Assembly: GCA_020027245.1 (NCBI GenBank)
Contig: JAHRAN010000066.1
Coordinates: forward strand, 6,994 to 30,993
Source of the DNA: Myxococcota bacterium
GTDB taxonomy: Bacteria > Myxococcota_A > UBA9160 > UBA6930
Reading direction: 5' to 3'
Length of the DNA stretch: 24,000 bases
Position numbers and translations under genes: made by a program
Shown: piece after piece, positions 1 to 11,174 of the stretch
How positions within the stretch are numbered: the stretch's first letter is position 1
Layout: the number at the start of each line of letters is the position of its first letter
Notes under the pieces: model-generated
Told to the model about the DNA's origin: nothing
Database searches by the model: none
The model's input: only the letters and a program-made list of their open reading frames with translations

Positions 1-186
<186 letters not shown>

Positions 187-188
187 CG

Positions 189-1376
189 ATGGCGCTGCCC
201 GACCTCGACGCGCTGCTCCAAGCGTGCGTGCGTGGCCAGCGCGTGCTGCTGCGCGCGGACCTGAATGCGCCGCTGAAGGCGGGCGTGGTTGCGGACGACA
301 CGCGCCTAAGCAAAGCCCTCGGCAGCCTGCGGCGGCTGCTGGCTGCGGGCGCGCGCGTGGTGCTGGCCTCGCACCTCGGTCGCCCGCAAGGCGAAGTGCG
401 ACCGGAGTTGTCGCTGCAGCCGGTGGCCCGGCGGCTCACGGAGTTGCTGGGCCGACCGCTCGCGTTCTGCTCGAGCGTCACCGGCGCAACAGCCGAAGCC
501 GCAAGTCAGGCGTTGCGCGATGGCGAAGCGCTGCTGCTCGAAAACCTGCGCTTCGACGAGGGGGAAACCCGAAACGACGCCGCCACCGCAACCGCGCTCG
601 CCCGCCTCGCCGAAATCTATGTGAACGACGCCTTCGGCACAGCCCACCGCCGTCACGCCTCGACCGTCGGTGTCGCCAGACTGCTCCCGCGCCGCGCCGC
701 TGGCGACCTGCTGAAGCGCGAGCTCTGCGAACTCGATGCAGTGCGCCACCCCAAGCGCCCGCTGCTTTGTCTGATCGGCGGCGCCAAGGTCAGCGACAAA
801 CTCGCCCTGCTGCGCACGCTCGCCGGGCACGCGGATCAGATCTGCATTGGCGGCGCCATGGCGTATACTTTTTTGCACGCGCAGGGTCAGCCGGTCGCGC
901 GCTCGCGCTTCGAAGCCGAGTGTGTGGACGACGCGCGCAACCTGCTCCAAAGCGCAGCGGCAAAGGGCTGCACGCTGCACCTGCCAAGCGATCACCGGGT
1001 GGCCGAAAAATGCTGCGCCACGGCCAACGCGCGCGTGGTCGAAGTCATCCCCGAGGGCTTCATCGGCCTCGACATCGGCCCGGCCAGCGCGCGGCGGTAC
1101 GCTGAGTTGATGCGCTTTGCTGTGACCATCTTCTGGAACGGGCCGATGGGGGTCTTCGAAATCGAAGCCTTTGCGCAGGGAACCCGGGCCGTGGCGCGCG
1201 CGCTTGCGGACTCGGATGCGCACAGCATCGTGGGCGGCGGCGATTCACTTGCAGCCATCAACCAACTGGGTCTCGGCGCGCACATCGCGCATCTTTCGAC
1301 CGGCGGCGGCGCCGCGCTCGAGTACATTCAGGGGCGAACGCTCCCGGCTGTCGCCGCGCTGGAGGAACCCGCATGA
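189..1376 (+). CDS. pgk: phosphoglycerate kinase
   Basis: 395 aa ORF with RVLLRADLNAPL, ASHLGRPQG, LLENLRF, GGAKVSDKLALL, FWNGPMGVFE and SIVGGGDSLAAI motifs; located between gap and tpiA. Confidence 0.97.
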   Translation: MALPDLDALLQACVRGQRVLLRADLNAPLKAGVVADDTRLSKALGSLRRLLAAGARVVLASHLGRPQGEVRPELSLQPVARRLTELLGRPLAFCSSVTGATAEAASQALRDGEALLLENLRFDEGETRNDAATATALARLAEIYVNDAFGTAHRRHASTVGVARLLPRRAAGDLLKRELCELDAVRHPKRPLLCLIGGAKVSDKLALLRTLAGHADQICIGGAMAYTFLHAQGQPVARSRFEAECVDDARNLLQSAAAKGCTLHLPSDHRVAEKCCATANARVVEVIPEGFIGLDIGPASARRYAELMRFAVTIFWNGPMGVFEIEAFAQGTRAVARALADSDAHSIVGGGDSLAAINQLGLGAHIAHLSTGGGAALEYIQGRTLPAVAALEEPA

Positions 1377-2134
1377 GGCGTCCCTTTCTGGTCGCCAACT
1401 GGAAGATGCAAAAGGGGCGCGCCGCGGCGCTGGCCTTCGCGCGCGCCTTTCTGCCCCGGCTTGCGGATGATCTCGAAACCGAGGTCGCCATCGCCCCGCC
1501 TTTCGTTGCGCTCGACGCCCTCGGGCGCGCACTCGCGGGCAGCCCGGTGGCGCTCGCCGCGCAGAATGTTCACCCCGAAAGTCAAGGCGCCTTCACCGGG
1601 GAGATTGCGCCGGCGATGCTGGTCGAGGCCGGTTGCAGCTACGCCATCGTCGGACACAGCGAGCGGCGCGTGCTCTTCGGCGAGCAGAGCGCCTTCGTGG
1701 CCGACAAGGTCGCGGCGCTGCTCGCGCACGACATCGCGCCAATCGTATGCGTGGGCGAAAGCCTCGAAGCGCGCGAAGCCGGACGCAGCTTCGAAGTGAT
1801 CGGCGCGCAACTCGAAGAGAGCCTCGCCACGCTGCCGCCGGCGCGCGCCGCCGTGCTGGTGATGGCCTACGAGCCACGCTGGGCAATCGGCACGGGGCGC
1901 ACGGCGACGCCCGGGCAGGCGCAGGAAGTTCACGCCATGATTCGCGCGCGCCTCGTCGAGCGCTTCGGCGCCGCGGGCGACGCCATTCGCATTCAATACG
2001 GCGGCTCGGTCAAGCCCGACAATGTGGCGGCGCTGCTGGCCGAGCCGGATATTGACGGCGCCCTGGTCGGCGGCGCCAGCCTCGAACCCGAAAGCTTTGC
2101 GGCCCTGCTGCAGCAGAGCGGAGGTCCCCGATGA
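1373..2134 (+). CDS. tpiA: triosephosphate isomerase
   Basis: 253 aa; LVANWKMQKG, VGHSERR, VMAYEPRWAIGTG, IQYGGSVKPDN and GALVGGASL motifs; 4-nt overlap with pgk. Confidence 0.97.
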   Translation: MRRPFLVANWKMQKGRAAALAFARAFLPRLADDLETEVAIAPPFVALDALGRALAGSPVALAAQNVHPESQGAFTGEIAPAMLVEAGCSYAIVGHSERRVLFGEQSAFVADKVAALLAHDIAPIVCVGESLEAREAGRSFEVIGAQLEESLATLPPARAAVLVMAYEPRWAIGTGRTATPGQAQEVHAMIRARLVERFGAAGDAIRIQYGGSVKPDNVAALLAEPDIDGALVGGASLEPESFAALLQQSGGPR

Positions 2135-2499
2135 CCCTGTTCATCACCGTTCTCCATGTCATCACCTGCCTGTTTCTGATCGCGGTCGTGCTGCTGCAGC
2201 GCGGCAAGGGCGCGGAGGTCGGCGCCATGTTCGGCGGCGGCGCGAGCGGCACCGTGTTCGGCGGACGCGGCGCGGGCAACTTCCTGACCCGGCTCACGAC
2301 CGGCGCCGCCGTGGTGTTCATGCTCACGAGTTTGACGCTCGCCTACATCGGGCGGCAGGACAGCACCAGCGACCTCTTCGAAGACCCCCCCGTCGAGACG
2401 ACGCCCGGCGATTTCGAGGAGATCGAGCCGGCCTCGCCCTTCGAGGAGGTGCCGCAGCCCGGCGACGCCGACGCGCCCGAGCCGGACGCCACGCCCTGA
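2131..2499 (+). CDS. secG: preprotein translocase subunit SecG
   Basis: 122 aa; LLQRGKGAEVGAMFGGGASGTVFG motif between two hydrophobic helices, acidic/proline-rich tail; overlaps tpiA by 4 nt and precedes tRNA-Leu. Confidence 0.95.
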   Translation: MTLFITVLHVITCLFLIAVVLLQRGKGAEVGAMFGGGASGTVFGGRGAGNFLTRLTTGAAVVFMLTSLTLAYIGRQDSTSDLFEDPPVETTPGDFEEIEPASPFEEVPQPGDADAPEPDATP

Positions 2500-2555
2500 T
2501 GCGCGCGCGACTACCTCGCGCGGAGCGTGGTCGTTAGACTGCAAGGCCCATCGCT

Positions 2556-2642
2556 GCGGCAGTGGCGGAACTGGTAGACGCGCATGGTTGAGGGCCATGT
2601 CGGGGTTACCCGGTGGAGGTTCGAGTCCTCTCTGCCGCACCA
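2556..2642 (+). tRNA. tRNA-Leu(GAG)
   Basis: GCGGCAG...CTGCCGC acceptor stem, CATGG-TTGAGGG-CCATG anticodon arm (anticodon GAG), long variable arm, GGTTCGAGTCC T-arm, encoded CCA; same position after secG as in many gammaproteobacteria. Confidence 0.95.
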
Positions 2643-2665
2643 TCGGGCGCTTCCGCGACCGGCGC

Positions 2666-3280
2666 TCACGCTATCGGGTGACTGGCAAGGCGCTCGAGCC
2701 AGCGGCGGTAGGTTGCAAGCGGTTGCGCGCCCAGCACGAAGGCTTCGCTGCCGACGACGCGCAGCGCGGGCACGCCGCTGATGCCGAGTTCGAGGGCCTC
2801 GTTGTGCTGCGCCAGCACTTCGCCCAGCAGCGCTGCCTCATCGTTCTGCTCGAAGGCGGCGGCGGGGAGCGCCGACTCGCGCCACAGCGCGCGCAGTGTG
2901 TCGTCGTCGCTGATGTCGCGGCTCTGCTCAAAATAGGCTGCGAAAAGCCGCGCGTGCAAAGTCTCAAAAGCTTCGGGGCCGAGCCGGGCGGCGGCGCGCG
3001 CGGCGATGTGCGCGGGAACGCTGTGACTCGGCGGCGACGCCGCACTCTCCCAGACCTGGAAGCGCGGCGCGTCCGGCTCGGCGGCCGGTCGAAGCCAGTG
3101 TTGCGTGTAGCGCAGGAACTTTTCGCGGTCGCGCACTTCGGGCTTCGGGCGCAGCAGGTAGGCGCGGAACTCGAGCTCGATAGTTGTGAACTCGCGGCGC
3201 AGAATTTTCAAGCGGTGATCGGCCAGATGACACCAGGGGCACAGGTAATCGGACCAGAATTCCAGGCGCACCGGCTTCAC
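2666..3280 (-). CDS. DsbA-family / FrnE-like thioredoxin-fold oxidoreductase (2-hydroxychromene-2-carboxylate isomerase-like)
   Basis: 204 aa; N-terminal EFWSDYLCPWCHLA (CxxC) and C-terminal GISGVPALRVVGSEAFVLGAQ (cis-Pro loop); GTG start preceded by GGAGGAGGAGG. Confidence 0.85.
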   Translation of the reverse strand: MKPVRLEFWSDYLCPWCHLADHRLKILRREFTTIELEFRAYLLRPKPEVRDREKFLRYTQHWLRPAAEPDAPRFQVWESAASPPSHSVPAHIAARAAARLGPEAFETLHARLFAAYFEQSRDISDDDTLRALWRESALPAAAFEQNDEAALLGEVLAQHNEALELGISGVPALRVVGSEAFVLGAQPLATYRRWLERLASHPIA

Positions 3281-3284
3281 CGTT

Positions 3285-3776
3285 TTAATCCTCCTCCTCC
3301 GGCGCGAGCTTTTGATAGCCGCCGCCGTAGTAGAGCAGCGGCGGGCCGGGTCGAGTGATCGCCGCCTCGACCTGCCCCACGACGATCACGTGGTCGCCCG
3401 CCTCGTGCAGTGCGCTGACCACGCAGTCGAGCGCCAGGTGCGCGTCCGGAATCAGCGGCGCGCCGGTCTTCGCACGCGCGCACTCGAGGCCCTCGAAGCG
3501 CACCCACTCGTGCTGCTTCGAGGCGAACTTGTCAGAAAGCGCGCGCTGCGTTTCAGCGAGCACGTTGACCGCCATGTTGCGGCCTGTCTTGATGACGCCG
3601 AGCGTGTTCGCCGCCTTGTCAACGCAGACCATCACCAGCGGCGGGTCGAGGGACACACCGGCGAAGTCCGATGCCGTCATGCCGTGCACCTCGTCGCCGG
3701 CGCGCGCGGTGATGATCGTCACCCCCGAGGGCCAGAGGGAAAGCGCCTTGCGGTAGAGCGCCGCGTCAATCGGCAA
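3285..3776 (-). CDS. flavin reductase domain protein (FMN-binding split-barrel, HpaC/RutF-like)
   Basis: YRKALSLWPSGVTIITARAGDEVHGMTASDFAGVSLDPPLVMVCVDKAANT ... FEGLECARAKTGAPLIPDA. The supplied ORF is extended upstream; a TTG start at 3776 gives a normal N-terminus. Confidence 0.88.
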   Translation of the reverse strand: MPIDAALYRKALSLWPSGVTIITARAGDEVHGMTASDFAGVSLDPPLVMVCVDKAANTLGVIKTGRNMAVNVLAETQRALSDKFASKQHEWVRFEGLECARAKTGAPLIPDAHLALDCVVSALHEAGDHVIVVGQVEAAITRPGPPLLYYGGGYQKLAPEEED

Positions 3777-3844
3777 TTTAAAGCACCCCTTTTTGCGCGG
3801 ACGATATCCCCCGGCGAAGCCGCTGCCGGTCGGGGCGGCCGTGT

Positions 3845-4798
3845 TCAGAAGTGGTACTTCAACCCGAAAGTCACCGCCCAGTATTCGATGTCGGAAAACG
3901 CCTGAGTGCTGCGGAACGGGGTCACCCCATCGGCCTGAACGGGGCGGTGACTGCGGATGAGATCCCACACATCGTCGTCGTCGAGATCCTGAAAACGAGC
4001 CCAGCGCCCTTTCACACCGACGGAGACTTGCTCCGTCAGCGCGTAGTCCAGCCCGCCGAGCAACTGAAAACCAAAGAGCGTCTCGGAAAGCCCGGTATTG
4101 AGGAAGCTGATCGTCCCGGCGGCCGCGGGCGGGCGAACCGCGTCGCCCGTCAGGGGTTGATCGTTTTCATCGAGCAGGTAGCCCTGGGCAATGGTCTTGC
4201 GCACAAAGCGGTTTTCATAACGCAAACGGGTGTGCGCCCAGCCCACGCCCGCACCCAGGTAGGGCGTCCAGCGCGACTGGTTCACAAAGTCGTAGTAGGC
4301 GTTCAGGAAGAACTGATGGGCGCGAAACTCGGCTATCCGCTCCGACGGCGGGTCGAGTTCACTCCACTCGTCGGCTTTGCTGCCGAGCGGCGCATTGCCC
4401 GGCGCGGCTTGCAACAACCTCGAATCGTCTCCGTGGGAGCGGTTCAGGTACTCGAACTCCACGCGCAACCGGTCCAGCGAATATCCCAGGCTGACGGCGC
4501 CGACAAACCCCGTGCCCGGATCAAATGCATTGAGCGAAAGCGGCTGCGCGCCGCCGACCTGACAGGCGGCGTCGGTCAGGGGCAGCACATTGTCAGACGC
4601 AACCGGCGGCGTACTCCGAAGCAGTTGGTCGCAGCGCGTCGGGTGGTTGACCCCGGACACGGCCGAGTTCAAATCCGTCGCGCTGGCGAGCCCCAACTCG
4701 ATGCCGGTGTAGAAGCCCCGGCGCGCTTCACCACCAAGCGCTCCGGTCGCCAGAAACACGGTCCCGAGCGCCAGCGCCAGCGTGGTTTTCCGTTTCAT
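3845..4798 (-). CDS. outer membrane beta-barrel protein
   Basis: 317 aa; signal peptide MKRKTTLALALGTVFLATGALGGEA, FYTGIELGLA strand, internal FFLNAYYDF...WTPYLGAGVGWA, C-terminal aromatic WAVTFGLKYHF*. Confidence 0.85.
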   Translation of the reverse strand: MKRKTTLALALGTVFLATGALGGEARRGFYTGIELGLASATDLNSAVSGVNHPTRCDQLLRSTPPVASDNVLPLTDAACQVGGAQPLSLNAFDPGTGFVGAVSLGYSLDRLRVEFEYLNRSHGDDSRLLQAAPGNAPLGSKADEWSELDPPSERIAEFRAHQFFLNAYYDFVNQSRWTPYLGAGVGWAHTRLRYENRFVRKTIAQGYLLDENDQPLTGDAVRPPAAAGTISFLNTGLSETLFGFQLLGGLDYALTEQVSVGVKGRWARFQDLDDDDVWDLIRSHRPVQADGVTPFRSTQAFSDIEYWAVTFGLKYHF

Positions 4799-5721
4799 CC
4801 ATCACCCCCTTGGTCTGCACTCTGGTGCAACGACCTGGCGAAGTCGTACTGGATACGCGACGAAACTTCAAAGTACCGGGAACAAAAGCAGTGGCGCAGA
4901 CGCTGGCCCGGGCGCGGCGCGCGCTGCCGCAAGCTCACTCGCTGGCCGGGGCTTCGGTGCTGGCGCCGGGGCCGGTGCTGCGCAGGCGGATTTCGATGCG
5001 GCGGTTGCGGGCGCGACCCTCTGTCGTGCCGTTGTCGGCCACCGGTTTTGTGTGGGCGTTCGAGATGACGCGCAGGCGCGTGGCGGGGACGCCGCTTTCG
5101 ATCAGCACGCGCACCACGCTGGCGGCGCGCGCACCCGCCAGCTCCCAGTTGGACGGGTAGCGCCCGCCGCGGATCGGCCGGTCGTCGCTGTGGCCCTCGA
5201 CATCCACCTGATGCGGAAGCGTCAGAAACTGCTCGGCCAGTTTGGCGATTACGCCCTGCCCCCCGGTGCTGAGCTTTGCGGAGCCGGAGGGAAACAGGAT
5301 GGCCTGGGCGAGCTTCACCTTCAGCCCGTCGCGCAGTTGCTCGATCTCGATGCGCCCGGCCGCGACCTCGGACTGCAGATTGCCCACCAACTCGTCATAC
5401 GTGCTGCGCAGTTCAGCGACCTCGGAGTTTTGCGCCTCGAGTTGCCGCTCGCGCTCGGCCAGCGAGGCGACGAGTTCGGTGCGCGACGACGCCAGTTCAT
5501 CGAGGGAACTTTGAAGACGCCCGTGTTCGATGCGCAGATCCTCGATCTCCTCGGCCAGCGCCACGCGGTCGGCGTCGAGGCTCTCGGCCCCGGCTTCGAG
5601 CCGCTCGATTTTTTCGAGCGCCAGGTTGCGCTCCCGAAGCACCCGCTCGTGTTCGTCCATCGTCACGCAGGCCAGCGTCAGCAGCGCCGACACGGCGACG
5701 GCGACGCCGGTCAGCGCGGCG

Positions 5722-8124
<2,403 letters not shown>

Positions 8125-8131
8125 TTCCGCC

Positions 8132-10057
8132 TCAAGCCTTGTCGCTCTTGTCCTCTTCGGTGAACTCGGCGTCTATGACTTCGCCGTCAGCGCCGTCGCC
8201 CGAAGCGGCGGGGTCAGAGGGTTGCGCCTCGCCCGAAGCGTCCGCGCCCGCCTTGTAGAGCATCTCGGTCAGCTTGTGAAGCGCCTGCTCGACTTCCTGA
8301 TGCCGGGCGTCGAGACTCGCGGTGTCTGCGTCCTCGTTTTCGAGGGTCTTGCGCGCTTCCGCAAACAACTCTTCGCAGCGCTTCTTTTCGGCGTCAATAA
8401 TTTTGTCCGCGTTTTCCTTCACGGTCTTTTCGGCGTTGTAGACCAGGGTGTCGAGACGGTTGCGGCTCTCGGTGCGGGCGCGCCGCTCCTTGTCCTCGCC
8501 GGCGTGGGCCTCGGCCTCCTGCACCATGCGCTCGATCTCGCTCTCTTCGAGACCGCCCGCGCCCTCGATGCGGATGGACTGCGCCTTGCCGCTCGCCTGA
8601 TCCTTCGCCGAGACCGAGAGGATGCCGTTCGCGTCAATGTCGAAGGACACTTCGATCTGCGGCACGCCGCGCGGCGCCGGGGGAATGCCCGAGAGGATGA
8701 AGCGACCGATCTCGCGGTTGTCGTCCGCCATCTCGCGCTCGCCTTGCAGCACGCGAATCTCCACCTGCTGCTGATTGTCCGCCGCCGTCGAGAAGGTCTG
8801 GCTGCGCTTGGTCGGGATCGTCGTGTTGCGGTCAATCAGCCGGGTCATCACCTTGCCCAGGGTTTCGAGACCGAGGGACAGCGGCGTGACATCGAGCAGC
8901 AGCACGTCCTTCACATCGCCCGCCAGCACGCCGCCTTGCACCGCTGCGCCGACGGCGACCACTTCGTCCGGGTTCACCGAGCGGTTCGCCTCGCGGCCGA
9001 AGAGCGCTTGCACCTTCGTTTGCACCAGCGGCACCCGCGTCGAGCCGCCGACCAGCACCACCTCGTCAATCTCGCTGGCCTCGAGGCCCGCGTCGGCCAG
9101 CGCGCGGCGGCAGGGTTCGAGGCTGCGCTCCACCAGCTCCTCGATCAACTGCTCGAACTTCGCGCGCGTGAGTTTCAGGTTGAGGTGCTTCGGGCCGCTT
9201 GCCCCCGCGGTGATGTAGGGCAGGTTGATGTCGGTGCTCTGCGAAGTGGAGAGTTCGATCTTGGCCTTCTCCGCGGCCTCCCGGAGGCGCTGCATCGCCA
9301 TCGGGTCCTCGGAGAGGTCAATGCCCTGGTCGCGGCGAAACTCCGCGACCAGATGGTCAATCACCTTCTGGTCGAGGTTGTCGCCGCCGAGGTGCGTGTC
9401 GCCGTTGGTTGACTTTACCTCGACCACGTTCTCGCCCACTTCGAGAATCGAGATGTCAAAAGTGCCGCCGCCGAAGTCGTAGACCGCGATCTTTTCATCG
9501 GACTTCTTGTCGAGGCCGTAGGCCAGCGCCGCCGCCGTCGGCTCGTTGATGATGCGCTTCACATCGAGCCCGGCGATGCGCCCGGCGTCCTTCGTCGCCT
9601 GACGCTGGGCATCGTTGAAGTAGGCGGGCACGGTGACCACCGCGCCGGCGATCTCCTGCCCGAGGTAATCCTCCGCCGCCTTCTTCAGCTTTTGCAAAAT
9701 CATCGCCGACAACTCGGGGGGCGTGCTCTGCTTGCCGTCCACCTCGACCTCGGCGGTGCCCTCGCGGCCCTCGACCACCTTGTAGGGCACCAGGCTGATC
9801 TCCTCCGGCACCTCCGAGAGCCGCCGCCCGACGAAGCGCTTGATCGAATAAATGGTGCGCTCGGGGTTGGTAACAGCCTGCCGCTTGGCGATGGCGCCGA
9901 CCAGGCGCTCGCCCTCGTCCGTGAAGGCGACCACGGAGGGAGTAGTCCGCCCCCCCTCCTCGTTGGTGATCACGGTCGGCTGCCCGCCTTCCATCACCGC
10001 CACCACCGAGTTGGTGGTGCCGAGGTCAATGCCGATGATTTTGCCGCTGGTCGCCAT
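8132..10057 (-). CDS. dnaK: molecular chaperone DnaK (Hsp70)
   Basis: [25 protein letters not shown] ... [17 protein letters not shown] ... [14 protein letters not shown] ... [18 protein letters not shown] ... [10 protein letters not shown]. True start is ATG at 10057; the longer supplied ORF is an upstream extension. Confidence 0.97.
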   Translation of the reverse strand: MATSGKIIGIDLGTTNSVVAVMEGGQPTVITNEEGGRTTPSVVAFTDEGERLVGAIAKRQAVTNPERTIYSIKRFVGRRLSEVPEEISLVPYKVVEGREGTAEVEVDGKQSTPPELSAMILQKLKKAAEDYLGQEIAGAVVTVPAYFNDAQRQATKDAGRIAGLDVKRIINEPTAAALAYGLDKKSDEKIAVYDFGGGTFDISILEVGENVVEVKSTNGDTHLGGDNLDQKVIDHLVAEFRRDQGIDLSEDPMAMQRLREAAEKAKIELSTSQSTDINLPYITAGASGPKHLNLKLTRAKFEQLIEELVERSLEPCRRALADAGLEASEIDEVVLVGGSTRVPLVQTKVQALFGREANRSVNPDEVVAVGAAVQGGVLAGDVKDVLLLDVTPLSLGLETLGKVMTRLIDRNTTIPTKRSQTFSTAADNQQQVEIRVLQGEREMADDNREIGRFILSGIPPAPRGVPQIEVSFDIDANGILSVSAKDQASGKAQSIRIEGAGGLEESEIERMVQEAEAHAGEDKERRARTESRNRLDTLVYNAEKTVKENADKIIDAEKKRCEELFAEARKTLENEDADTASLDARHQEVEQALHKLTEMLYKAGADASGEAQPSDPAASGDGADGEVIDAEFTEEDKSDKA

Positions 10058-10092
10058 GGGGTGGTCTCCCGCAGAGGGTTGAAGTGGCGGGA

Positions 10093-10120
10093 AGCTGGGC
10101 ACAGCCGGCCCTGTGTCAAG
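10093..10120 (-). promoter_or_regulatory. candidate sigma-32-type heat-shock promoter upstream of dnaK
   Basis: On the minus strand: CTTGACA (10114-10120) - 13 nt - GCCCAGCT (10093-10100), close to the consensus CTTGAAA-N11-16-CCCCATNT and ~35 nt before the dnaK ATG. Confidence 0.4.
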
Positions 10121-10208
10121 GGCGGTGGGCTGCCGGGCGCTGGCTTGCGGGTGGCGTGGCGGGCTGGTTAATATCCATTCATCCTGATTCCTTGATTGAA
10201 CCCTCTCC

Positions 10209-11174
10209 GTGAGCGAGGCCGCGATGAGCTCCGAGCACCTGCAAAAAATCTTCCGCACCCTCGGCGACCCGACCCGGGTGCGGCTGCTGCTGCTGCTCGA
10301 ACGCGAGGAGCTGGCGGTGCAGGAGCTGATGGAGGTGCTCGGCATGGCGCAATCGCGGGTGTCGCGGCACCTCGGCATCCTGCGCGAGGCTGGCCTGGTG
10401 CGCGACCGGCGCGACGGCACTTTTGCCCTGTACCGCTTCGAGCCGCCCGAGGCGCCGAGTTGGCGGGACGCCTGGGCCCTCGCCCGCGCGGCGCTGGCGG
10501 GCGACCCGATAATCGCGCGCGACCACGCCCGGCAGGGCCACGTGCTGGCCCGGCGCGCACGGCGCGGGCACAGCTTCTTCGACTCCGTCGGCGGCGAGTG
10601 GGAAACGCTGCGTCAACTCTGGGGCGATGAACTGCTGCGCGCGCGGGCCTTGCAGCGCCTCGTTCCCGAGGGGCTGCCGGTGGCGGACGTCGGCACCGGC
10701 AGCGGCGTGCTCGCCCTCGAACTGGCGGCGCTGGGCTGCCGGGTGATCGCCAGCGACCCCTCCGAGGCGATGCTGGCGCTGGCGCGGCGCAAGCTCGAGG
10801 CGGCCGGCGACACCCGCGTCGAGTTGCGGGTCGGCGACACCAGCGCCCTGCCGCTGGCCGACGCCGAGGTGCAGGTGGCCTTCGCCCACATGGTGTTGCA
10901 GTACATCCCGGAGCCGGGCTTGGCCTTGCCCGAAATGCTGCGCGTGCTGCGACCGGGCGGGCGCGTGGTGCTGGCGGACTTCGTCACCCACGACCAGGAG
11001 TGGATGCGGCAGCAACTCGGCGCCCGGCACCTGGGCTTCGACCTCGAGCAGGTCGGCGACTGGCTTTGCAAAGCCGGTTTCGAAAAGGTGCGCATCGAGA
11101 CGCAGGTGGGCGCACAGCACGAGAGCGCACTGCCCACCACTTTTGTCGCCGACGGGCAAAGACCGGAGGCGTGA
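10209..11174 (+). CDS. ArsR-family winged-helix regulator fused to a SAM-dependent methyltransferase domain
   Basis: N-terminus [67 protein letters not shown] (ArsR HTH); C-terminus [35 protein letters not shown] ... [12 protein letters not shown] (Rossmann methyltransferase). Start is GTG 10209 or, more likely, ATG 10224. Confidence 0.9.
   Translation: MSEAAMSSEHLQKIFRTLGDPTRVRLLLLLEREELAVQELMEVLGMAQSRVSRHLGILREAGLVRDRRDGTFALYRFEPPEAPSWRDAWALARAALAGDPIIARDHARQGHVLARRARRGHSFFDSVGGEWETLRQLWGDELLRARALQRLVPEGLPVADVGTGSGVLALELAALGCRVIASDPSEAMLALARRKLEAAGDTRVELRVGDTSALPLADAEVQVAFAHMVLQYIPEPGLALPEMLRVLRPGGRVVLADFVTHDQEWMRQQLGARHLGFDLEQVGDWLCKAGFEKVRIETQVGAQHESALPTTFVADGQRPEA

Noticed and set aside
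10058-10420. N-terminal extension of DnaK in the supplied ORF
   Set aside because: DnaK proteins begin at MA(x)[13 protein letters not shown]; the upstream portion overlaps the divergent ArsR gene and is Ser/Arg-rich non-coding translation.
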